This document shows, piece by piece, positions 52,540 through 64,000 of a DNA stretch of 64,000 nt (within the stretch, counting starts at the first letter, position 1; each line of letters begins with the position of its first letter). Both the position numbers and the translations under genes were made by a program. Below the pieces are notes generated by a model. That model did not search any database. It was not told the origin of the DNA and worked only from the letters and a program-made list of their open reading frames with translations. Origin of the DNA: Octopus vulgaris (Eukaryota); contig OX597831.1 of assembly GCA_951406725.2 (NCBI GenBank), positions 25,482,001-25,546,000 of the forward strand, written 5' to 3'.

Positions 52540-53430
52540 TTATGTTTATGATATATGTATTATCTATATATTTTATGTGTGTGTGTATATATATAGATAT
52601 AGCTGTTATATATATTATTATATATCTATATATCATATATATATTATGTAAAATGTACGTAAATGTATACATATAAATATTAGATTTAAATACTTTATAT
52701 CTTATGCAATATAACACACACACACATACACACATGTATGTATATATACATACATCATTATCATTTAACATCCATTTTCATGTTGGTGAGGATTGGATAG
52801 TTTGACAGGAGCTGACAAGCTAGAAGACTATGTTCAACTCTGTTGTCTGTTTTGGCATGGTCTCTACAGCTGACTACCATTCAGAACACCAACCTGATAT
52901 TTTGTGAACTACATCTGCCAACATTATTAAGTAATCTCGAGCCTCCAGAAACAGCTGTCGGGCCTGTAATACCATTTCTTCACCCCTTAGTTGTTTGTGT
53001 CTTTGTATCTGTGTATATCAATATCTGTATATTTAAACATGAATGCTTATTGTCTGGATATTTCCAATCTTTGTCTCTCTCTTTTTACATGTATATATGT
53101 GTGTATATTTTATATATTTAGCCCAATCATATTTATTTATTTATATGCATCATTATCTCCATATCTGCTCACATGGATTCCTCTTTTTAGCCACTCTTTA
53201 TTCCACAGACTTAGTCCTCAGTAAAGATTTTGGAGCGTAAGCCCAAGTCATTTGAGTGCTACCAAGTGTTTTCCATGTTTATGTTATTGATATATGTATT
53301 ATGTATATATTTTATGTGTGTGTGTGTGTATATATATATAGATACAGATATCTTATATATTATTATATATCTATATATCATGTATATATTATGTAAAATG
53401 TACATAAATGTATACATATGTTATTATTGA
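52540..53430. repeat. Two ~150-bp AT-rich direct repeats (52540-52685, 53278-53430)
   Basis: Shared TTTATGTT..TGATATATGTATTAT...ATTATGTAAAATGTAC.TAAATGTATACATAT. Confidence 0.8.
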
Positions 53431-54842
53431 TCCATATACATATCTGGATCTCATATACATATATATATATGTGTGTGCGTGTGTGTGTGTGCATGTACAT
53501 ATATATACATATATGTAAATGAACATATTTATGTACACATAATGTGTGTGTATGTATATGTCTGTGTGTGTAGAGAGAGAGCGAGAGAGAGAGACAGACA
53601 GACAGGCAGAGTAAGAGAAAAAGAACTCACAAGGTTCTAAATTGACTGGTCTATATTATATTTTACCAAGAAGTACACTTGTGAAATTTTTGTGGAATCT
53701 CTAACTACAAAGAGTTCTTCATCTTTACTAAAATTAATGATTCCTTAAGTCCTTAAACAGGAGATCAGAATTAATGTTTATATGTCATCATAAGAACAAA
53801 TTCTATCACTCCAATCCCAGCAGGGCTCTTAAACAAGATTAAATATAAAGGTCACTGTCCTATAGGCTAAAAAAATGTGAGTCAACAAAGTGATGAACAT
53901 GAACTATGCTGATAAACACAAGCTACAAGAATTATCAGTTCAACCAACCAGCCAGCCAGTCTGAAGATTATCTGAGGACAGGTTCATGAAACTCTGAGTC
54001 ACAGAATGCTGTATACCAGAACTACAGCCCTTAATTTATTGCTTTTAGTTTTCAGATGTCCTCTCGGTAATTGTGCATTTAGACTTTAGACAGTCAATAA
54101 CAAAATATATCAACAAATAAAAATTGTGTAAAAACAAATGACACTCTACCTAATACAATAAACATCTATTGACCGATTTGGTTTCCAGTAAATGAAAATT
54201 GTCTGGTCGTTCAATCAAAGTCCTCTTCAATCAAAACATCTCGGTCTTTTCTCGGTATTTGATAATTTGACACTAAGCCATAAGCACCTAAGTAAACAGC
54301 ATCGGTTAAACAACCAGTTTCTTCTGAAATATTAACAAGTTCAAATCTAGTGATGGCAACATAGATAAATATTTCCTTAAGTTATAACAATTTTAAGCCG
54401 GTATTGAACTTTGTATGTGTCTCTGTAAGCCTGTCATAGGTGGAATATTCTTGTTTTTCAGTGATTGACTTAATCCATCATCCAGTTGATTGCCACTGCT
54501 TGGCTCTTGAGTGCCTTTAATATCATTCAATAATATTTGTTGTAAACATTTTGACCAAATCTCCACTTTGATAATAACTTACTTCTTTCTCTCTCTTCAC
54601 TTGTTAAGCCCTGCAAAGTATGATGAATGCTGTCCTTTCTCCTCTAGCTAAGGCTTTGTATTAAAAAAAAAATGAATAAATAAACCTGATCTGGATGTTA
54701 CAGAATTGGTGTGTTTTTGATGACATATTTGAACTTGGCTCCTTTTTAAGCAAATTGCCAAGCTTTGTGCTTCTCTAGCCAGACACTCAATGTCTTTTAA
54801 TATCACCTTAATATTCTCTATTTGCTCATTCCCACTCCACAC

Positions 54843-54942
<100 letters not shown>

Positions 54943-56028
54943 TTGTTACTGTCTTTCATCTTTTACTTGTTTCAATCATTAGACTGTGGCCATGCTGGGG
55001 CCCAGCCTTGAAGTGTTTTAGTTGAACAAATTGACCCTAGGACTTATTTTGTTTTGAAGCCTAGCACTTAATCTATCTGTGGCTTTTGCCGCACCACTAA
55101 GTTATGGGGACATAAACACATCAACACTGGTCGTCAAGCAGTATTGTGGAGATACACACACACACATGTATGACTGTCTTCTTTCAGTTTCCGTCTACCA
55201 AATCCTCTTACAAGGCTTTGATCAGCCTGAGGCCATAGCAGAAGACACCTGCTATAGTAGAAGACACCTGCCAAAGGTATCATACAGGAGGACTGAACCT
55301 GGAGCCATGTGGTTCAAAAGCAAGCTTCTTACCACACAGCCACCCCTGCACCTACTTGGTTTATATATTCAATACCTGTTTCTTTACTACCCACAAGGGG
55401 CTAAACACAGAGAGGACAAACAAGGACAGACACACGGATTAAGTCAATTATATCGACTCCAGTGTGTAACTGGTACTTATTTAATCAACCCCGAAAGGAT
55501 GAAAGGCAAAGTCGACCTTGGCGGAATTTGAACTCAGAACGTAACGGCAGACGAAATACTGCTAAGCATTTCGCCCATCGCGCTAACGTTTCTGCCAGCT
55601 TGCCGCCTTTTATATATTCAATACCCGTAAAAACTAAGATATGCCAAAAACAGATATTTCTCCCCCTTCTTTGTGAGAAACCGACTCCACTTTTGAACTT
55701 TATCTCAGTCTACCTGACTGACAACACGGTCTCCTCCTTCGGTTTCCCATGTGCAGTGTTAAGTGGGAGGAATGACATTGATGCTGTAAAACCATTCTGC
55801 TGATATATTATGATGTAAAAAGGTGTTGCTAAATAGAAAAATAAATATAGCCTGTAAGCCACATAAATATTCCATACGACCCACATATATCTTTCCTGTT
55901 TGTTTTAGTATAAAACATGTTTAAACAGTAAACCGATTCCTTGGATACTCTTTACATATCGATGATATATTTCAAATGGTCTTACAATTTCTCTTCTTTT
56001 TTGTGTGTTATTCTGCTGTTGCTGCTAC

Positions 56029-56810
<782 letters not shown>

Positions 56811-58808
56811 TGATATGAGAACACTGGTATTATTGTACTGTATGTTGTATCATCTTAATACCTTAAAAATGATTGTTAAAATAATAGTGGGGCAGTTACT
56901 GTATGGAGCAGTGAAGGGTATTGTATTGGCTGTCATGATGTAGAAGAAAGCATTTTACTGTAATGGAATGAAGAATAAATGTCAATGCCTCAAAGACAGA
57001 ACTTTTCCCAAAGTTAAAGCATTTCCATATTTAATTATCAGTTTGTGACTTCCATTCAGAGAGTTAGTTCTTCTCATCTCAAATTATGGCGAGAACTTCG
57101 CCACACAACTATTGGTGCATACACACATATACATACACACATACATAACATCACATGCATACACACACATATATGTGCATGCACACATGTTCATACATAG
57201 ATGTGCATGCGTGAGCTTGTATTTATGAGTGTGTGTATACATGTACATACATACCCATACATCCATCCATTGACAGTTTTTGTGTAAGGTTTGCATTTGT
57301 ACTTCAAGGCCAAAACCTAACTTAATATTTCAGTAATTCCATATTACCTGTCGGGTTTGATCTTTTCACATGCATTCTATAATCCCATCTGGCACTTTTG
57401 TGAAGGTAGAAAATTTAACAGGTTGATGCTGCTCTTGTTATTGCGATTGTTATTAATGCATGCCATCATTATAACCCATCATATCCATTTCTTCCCAAGC
57501 CATCAAACTTTTAATTAAAAATTCAGTAGTAGATGAAGTGTTTGAGCAATTTCCCCGTACACTTTCTCTCATCTATCCACATCATAACCTTTTAGAATGG
57601 CCACCTTTTATAAATATATACACAACTGCTGTCAAAGTAAATGGTGAATCAATGAAAAGTTTTCCTATGTAGTCATTTAATCTGTTAAAAATATGAGCCA
57701 AATTTCCCTCAAATCACAACTAAACTGTCTTAAAAAGAAAAGGAAGCACTAGAAAATGTAGTTTAAAACATATTGTACCTAACGAAAAGGAAACTGGTTG
57801 GCCGTGGTTGGAGTGTCTAATTTTGGGCACCATCATTGTAAAAACCACCCAAAACTACATCAGAGGGAATGTCAACATGGTTATTCAACCTGCCAGAAAT
57901 GACAGCCAAATCTCTCTGAAATCACACCTTAAGTATTTCTTTATCTTAACTGCTATTCTGTCATGCCTCTCATAGCGTGTTTCTGTTTTAATTCAATCTC
58001 CATATCAATAACCAGCTTATACCCTATCACACTCACTCTCTTTGTCTTCTATTACTTTCCTTTTCTCTCTTTTGTGTTTGCTTTGAACTGAAACAACATA
58101 GACCAGATTCCTCTGTAGTCTTGTAGGGAACAAGGCAACATCTCTAGTGCTGGTGCCATGATATAATGTGTCGAGTACACTTTATAAAGTGATCAGTAAC
58201 AGGAAGGGCATTCAGCCATAAAACTTTACCACAATATCAAACAAAGAAGTGAAAGATGGTCTTCCAGCTCATGTAGGAGAGCAGTGATTCTGCAAATGGA
58301 CTCACTGCTTCATGACAGTCTCTCCAATTCATGTCTGCTAGAAGGCAGATGTAAAATGGTAATGATACCACTGCCACCACCACTTAAGATAACATGTTAT
58401 GTAATGTAGTCCAACAAACCTCTAAAATGATGGAATGGTCATGGCTGGAATGCTTGTGATTATAGGTCTGCTGAACCAGAGTTGATGTGTAGGTACAGCA
58501 ATAATAACAACAACAAAATTAGATTACCATGAACCAATGTGGGAGCTTGTGCATAGTTATTGATATTGCTAGAAATAGTAGCCATATTTGCCTCAGATCA
58601 CAAGCTACTGTCTTTTAAAAAATACTTATAGACACAGGAATGGCTGTGCAATGAGAAGTTTGCTTCCCAACCACATGGTTCCAGGTTCAATCTCACTGTG
58701 TGACACCTTGAGCAAGTATCTTTTAACACAGCCTTGGGCTGACCAAGTGAGTGGATTTGGTAAATGGAAACTTAAAGAATCCCATCGTATGTGTGTATTG
58801 ATCCATCC

Positions 58809-58845
<37 letters not shown>

Positions 58846-59119
58846 TTTGTGTCTGTGCTTGTCTCCCATAACTACTTGATGACCAGTGCTGGTTTGTTTA
58901 CATTCCCATAACTTAGTGGTTTGGCAAAAGAGACTGACAGTATAAGTACCAGATTTAGACAAATATAAAATGTACCGGAGGAGCTGATTCATTTGACTAA
59001 AAACTCTTCGAGGCAAAGCTCCCAGCATGGTCACAGCTTAGTGACTGGAACAAGGAAAAGACAATAGCTAACGTAGTTCCAAGCAAATGGTCAACTATCT
59101 CTTTACTCTCTTTTTCTCT

Positions 59120-59517
59120 CTTTTACTTGTTTCAGTCATTTGACTGCAGCCATGCTGGAGTACCACCTTTAATCGAGGAACTCGACCCCGGGACTTATTC
59201 TTTTGTAAGCCCAGTACTTATTCTATCGGTCTCTTTTGCCGAACCGCTAAGTAACGGGTACATAAACACACCAGCATCGGTTGTCCAGCAATGCTAGGGG
59301 GACAAACACACTCACACAAACACACACACGTCTATACATATATACATATATACGACGGGCTTCTTTCAGTTTCCGTCTACCAAATCCACTCACAAGGCTT
59401 TGGTCTGCCCGAGGCTATAATAGAAGACACTTGCCCAAGGTGTCACGCAGTGGGACTGAACCCGGAACCATGTGGTTGGTAAACAAGCTACTTACCACAC
59501 AGCCACTCCTGCGCCTA
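59120..59517 (-). mobile_element. SINE family A, young copy, tail-to-tail with 58635-59060(+)
   Basis: Reverse complement of 30852-31250. Confidence 0.9.
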
Positions 59518-60203
59518 TCTTTCACAAAAAAAAAATAAATAAAAATCAGAAGGGATGGTCAAGACCGAAACCTTTGATCATAGATCTGCTGATGTAAAAC
59601 TGACCTTGAACTAACAACAATAGCAGCATTGCATTTCATCTGTACATCAACTGTACAGCTATGGTAATATCTGGGCTTTAGGATATCTATTGGCTTTAAT
59701 ATCTTACAGTAGAATTCAGACCACAACCTAAATTACATCAATAACATATTAACCGGCTAAACACTGCAATACGGGCTTTTCTTCTATGTCATTGACTAGC
59801 TTGTTCTAATGTAGCAGCCAAAACGCACCCTATAAATTATTTAATATAGTGATTATATAAATCAATAAAGATGCTTCATTGTTGATTGATTGATCTGCTC
59901 TGTATAATAGACATATAGAGCCAAAAGACCAACAAACAAGAGAACCTTTGTCTTTAAAATTGGGCCTATATCATTATCTAGTGAGATTCTGTGTGGTTGC
60001 TTAATCTATCACTGTAGTAACAAGCCATTGATCATAGGTCTGCTTCATTAGGACTCTGTTGACCTAGGGCTAAATAATAACTGCAACAGCAACACTTAAA
60101 TCAATGTGTGCCAATGAGAGAGTTTTCGCATTGTTACTCAACCTGCTAGAAACAATAACCATATCAGCCTCAAATTATACATTATCATCTTTGTAAAAAT
60201 GTA

Positions 60204-60845
60204 GACCTCTGGAAATATGCTGTGCTTGAGAAGACTCGGCAAGCGCAAGTGAGACGATAACCTTGTGGCCTATGCCAGGGGTGTAACCAGTTCACTTATG
60301 CATGCTTTTCCTTCATTGGACACTAAACTCTGCTTGCAAAGACCTGTTGAATCAAGTGAAATCGGAATCGAAATCAAAATCAAATTCGATGTCTGGCATC
60401 CATGCTAGTGGAGCGCTAAGAGTACCATACGAGTGAGATCATTGCCTGAGCAACAAGCTGGCCTCCGTGTCAATGGCACATTGAAAACACCATTCGTTAC
60501 CTGTGTTGCCTTACTAGCACTTGTGCTGGTGGCATATGTAAAAAACATTTGAGTGAGGTCATTGCCAGTGCCACTGGACTGGCTCCTGTGCAGGTGGCAC
60601 ATAAAAAGCACCATTTGAGCGTGGCCATTGCCAGTACCACCTAACTGGCCCTCGTGCTGGTGGCACGTAAAAGCACCCACTACACTCTCGGAGTGGTTGG
60701 CATTAGGAAAGGCATTCAGCTGTAGAAACTCTGCCAGATCAAGATTTGGAGCCTGGTGCAGCCATCTGGTTCGCCAGGCCTCAGTCAAATCGTCCAACCC
60801 ATGCTAGCATGGAAAGTGGACGTTAAACGATGATGATGATGATGT
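60204..60845 (+). mobile_element. 5'-truncated RTE-type LINE with internal tandem subrepeats
   Basis: DLWKYAVLEKTRQ at the start; repeated GGTGGCAC.TAAAA.GCACCATT.GAG.GTGGCC.TTGCCAG units; tail GGACGTTAAACGATGATGATG. Confidence 0.82.
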
Positions 60846-60950
60846 AAACATTATGCATAAAAGAAACTTCCTAAGTTCTTTATAGGGATTCTGTATATGT
60901 ACTGTCACAGTAGTCTGAGAGAAAAAGTAGTAGTCTGAGTAGAAAAAGTA

Positions 60951-61125
60951 GGATAACACAGGGATACTGTGTGGTTTATGCCTGAAATATTAGGACAACA
61001 TGGAAGTACTGTGTGATTTATGTCTGAAATATTTGGACAGCACAGGGATACAGTATGGTTTATGCCTAAACATTAGGACAACACAAGAATAGAGTGAGGT
61101 TTATTTTTGAAATATTAGGACAACT
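60951..61125. repeat. 42-bp minisatellite, ~4 copies
   Basis: Unit approx. GGACAACACAGGGATACTGTGTGGTTTATGCCTGAAATATTA. Confidence 0.88.
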
Positions 61126-62066
61126 TGTCTCACATAAGTATTAGAGTTACGATGACTAGAATTCCAATAGAGCAGTTCTTTGATCAGGTAAGTCCTTGCC
61201 ATACAATAAGTCTGCTGAAACAATGCTAACTGGGTCCACTAAATAATAAAAGCTATGCCACAACTACAACAACAGCAACAATGATGATGATACCAGCAGC
61301 AGTAATATTAACTGGCAAGGTTTGATCTAAATATATTTCCATAGAAACCACTATTGGAGGTTTTGATGTTCACCTCAAACACTCGTTAAATCATTATTTT
61401 TTTTCCTCATTAGTAATTAATTTGTTAAGAAATATTCAGCAGACTTTATTCAGTAAAATTCCTCGTAATTTACTTCCTGTATTTCATTGAGAAAGTGCAG
61501 CAATTAATTTAATATCTGTGCAATATGAACAGAATACTCTGTTCCACTTGATATATTTACATGTTTCCATGACAACACTTTGTCTGCTGTTAGCTAATGA
61601 TTCCGTCTAAATACGTTTGCTTCACTTCGAGAGTGACAGAGGAATTATTCACTCTTAAACCATTAAAACTGCTAACGTGATTTTCAAAAGTTTTATCAAT
61701 CTCGTTCATGTATACATTGTTGAGTGTGAGTGTGTGTGTCTCTGTCTGTCTGTGCAAATATAACAAATTATATTTATATTCATTCATTATTCATGCATCT
61801 ATCCCAGTCAAAAATAGCACATCTATGCTATTACTAATATGCTAAATATATTCCACCATCACATAAATGCACTCAGGATTGATATCAGCTAGCTCCATTC
61901 TGATACTGACAGAAGGGGTGGCAATATTTTCTTCCTTCAGGGCAGGGTATGCTAAAACGTTTCCCCAGAAACCCCAAGGAGTTTGTAAAAATTTCTTAGG
62001 TTCCACAAGACAAACTGTCTTTGAATAAAATTTAAAAGAAATTTAAAATAATGATGTGTATATCAT

Positions 62067-62103
<37 letters not shown>

Positions 62104-62657
62104 GTAGAATAACACTAATAGTAGGATTTTGTCTTTGAGAAACTTCACTTTACAGATTTGTGTGTTACAAAAACTCAACAATGGTAGGAACATCAGATGC
62201 CAGTTTTAAGTTAAATTTTACAGCTTTGGTGATGGGTACCCTAGTCATTTGGAGCTCACTATAGAAGATATCTCAGTAAATTTTGGTAGTGGAGGTTGTC
62301 CATAAACTGTAGATATGAGTTTTGTGATTTTTGGCAAATTGTATAAAGTATTCCATGAAAAACATGTAGGAGATGATGCATTTGTGTAGGCATAGTGAGA
62401 ACCAAGTTTTGGCAGGTTCACATGGGTCTAGGTACTTACCATAATACATATAATCATGCACGCACACACATACATATATGCATGCATGCATACATACAAA
62501 ATACATACATATGTACGGATGTACGTACATACATACGTACGTACACGTACGTACATACATACATACATACATACATACATACATACATACATACATACAT
62601 ACATACATACATACATACATACATACATGCATACATACATACATACATATATACATA

Positions 62658-62873
62658 CAAGGATGTGCTACAAAGTTCCTGGCTTTGGTTAAAAGAAAAT
62701 AGAGTAAGACCAGTCAATTACGATTTCATTTAACATATTCTCCTCCGAGATACAGATACTTGTTGCAGCAGTCCTTCAGTTTTTCAAAGCCCTGTAAAAG
62801 AACTGTGAAGGTTGAACCTCCAGCTAGGCCTTTTGCGATACCCTTAGAGCCAGGAACTTTTCATCACCCCCTC
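62658..62873. mobile_element. Mariner-type MITE (~215 bp)
   Basis: CAAGGATGTGCTACAAAGTTCCTGGCT at the left and AGCCAGGAACTTTTCATCACCCCCTC at the right are imperfect inverted repeats; TA precedes the left end. Confidence 0.75.
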
Positions 62874-63289
62874 ATTCATTCATTCATACGCACACACACA
62901 CACAAAATACATGTCAGCCTCACAAGAAACATCTTACACCATAATTCATCTAATCAAGATATGTTTTTAGTGAGAATGCTCAACAAATAATTAGAAATTA
63001 GTTCAGGCTATGACCAGCATTATATATGTGTATGTATCACATTTATTGTGCATACTGTGTGACATTCCTGAGGTTTTGGCTCCCTGATATCACGTTTCAC
63101 AAATTCTTCCAATGTCTTTCACCTAAATTGTTTAGCCCTTATTCAGACAGTTATTAACTGAAGTAATCTTATATAAAGTTTCCTATCTACACACCTGTCA
63201 GAGCTGCTTGACAATTGCATCATGCCTTGGCCATTTTGCTTCTAATGTGTATGCACGCACACACACAAATACACACAAACACATACCGC

Positions 63290-63484
63290 ATGTGTACCGT
63301 TGGCAATTTTTTTTTCCTCTGTCTTCCCTTCTCTGGATCTTTCCTTCACCTATGTTTCCGACGAAGAGCTCCACTCGAAACGTTAAACCCTCCTTCTTTC
63401 CTTCTTTCCTGAGCATCTAATAATACAATATTTGTTCCACGTCCTCGCGTTGTTGTGTTTTTTTGTGCTTTCTTGTTTGGATTA

Positions 63485-63488
<4 letters not shown>
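63290..63488 (+). mobile_element. Short hammerhead-bearing repeat (family G) followed by (TA)n
   Basis: Homologous to 21185-21380; motif at 63354-63388 GTTT-CCGACGA-A-GAGCTCCACTC-GAAA-CG-TT-AAAC. Confidence 0.78.
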
Positions 63489-63532
<44 letters not shown>

Positions 63533-64000
63533 GAAATAGCAGTCACACACACACACACAAGGATTCAATATTCTTTTTTACTCCACTCACTTGGTTTCAG
63601 TCATTTTGACTGCAGCCATCGTGGAGCACTGCCTTTAGTCAAACAAATCAATCCCAGGACTTATTCTTTGTAAGCCTAGTAATTATTCTATCAGTCTCTT
63701 TTGCTGCTCCACTAAGTTACTGAGATGTAAACACACCAAATCAGTTGTCAAGCAATGGTGGGGCGACAAACACAGACACACAAATATATATATATATATA
63801 TATAAATACGGTGGGTTTCTTTCAGTTTCCGTTTACTAGATCCACTCACATGGCTTTGGTCAGCTTGAGGCTATAGTAGAAGACACTTGTCCAAGGTGCC
63901 ACACAGTTAGCCTGAACACAGAACCATGTGGTTGGTAAGCAAGCGTCTTACCACACAGCCAGTGCTGCACCTATCCACAGAGCCACTCCTGTCTGTGCCT

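Noticed and set aside
60951-61125. 42-bp repeat as CRISPR array or coding repeat
   Set aside because: Contiguous units with no unique spacers, eukaryotic context, stops in all plus frames and an indel in one unit.
61938-62240. Possible degraded hAT MITE
   Set aside because: No convincing matching TIR pair or 8-bp TSD could be identified.

Overview
AT-rich, repeat-saturated animal non-coding DNA, most likely intronic or intergenic sequence of an octopus (coleoid cephalopod). The taxon is inferred from the tRNA-derived SINE families and the extreme microsatellite load, not from a database search. No intact protein-coding gene is supported: the ORF track is almost entirely microsatellite translations or antisense readings of SINEs. 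Recognisable content: dozens of copies of at least 5 tRNA-headed SINE families; 5'-truncated RTE-LINE 3' ends; three R4/Dong-type LINE 3' fragments in (ATT)n arrays; a decayed Penelope-like element (RT + GIY-YIG, 47.9-51.0 kb, minus strand); mariner remnants including a fold-back element; piggyBac-, hAT- and mariner-type MITEs; and a Helitron-like 3' end. Two observations stand out. (1) Five short (TA)n-associated elements each carry a variant minimal type I hammerhead ribozyme with a palindromic (dimer-type) stem III. (2) Several plus-strand polypyrimidine-YAG|GTA junctions, two with clear branch points, look like recursive-splicing ratchet points of a very long intron. Coordinates of diverged repeats are approximate.
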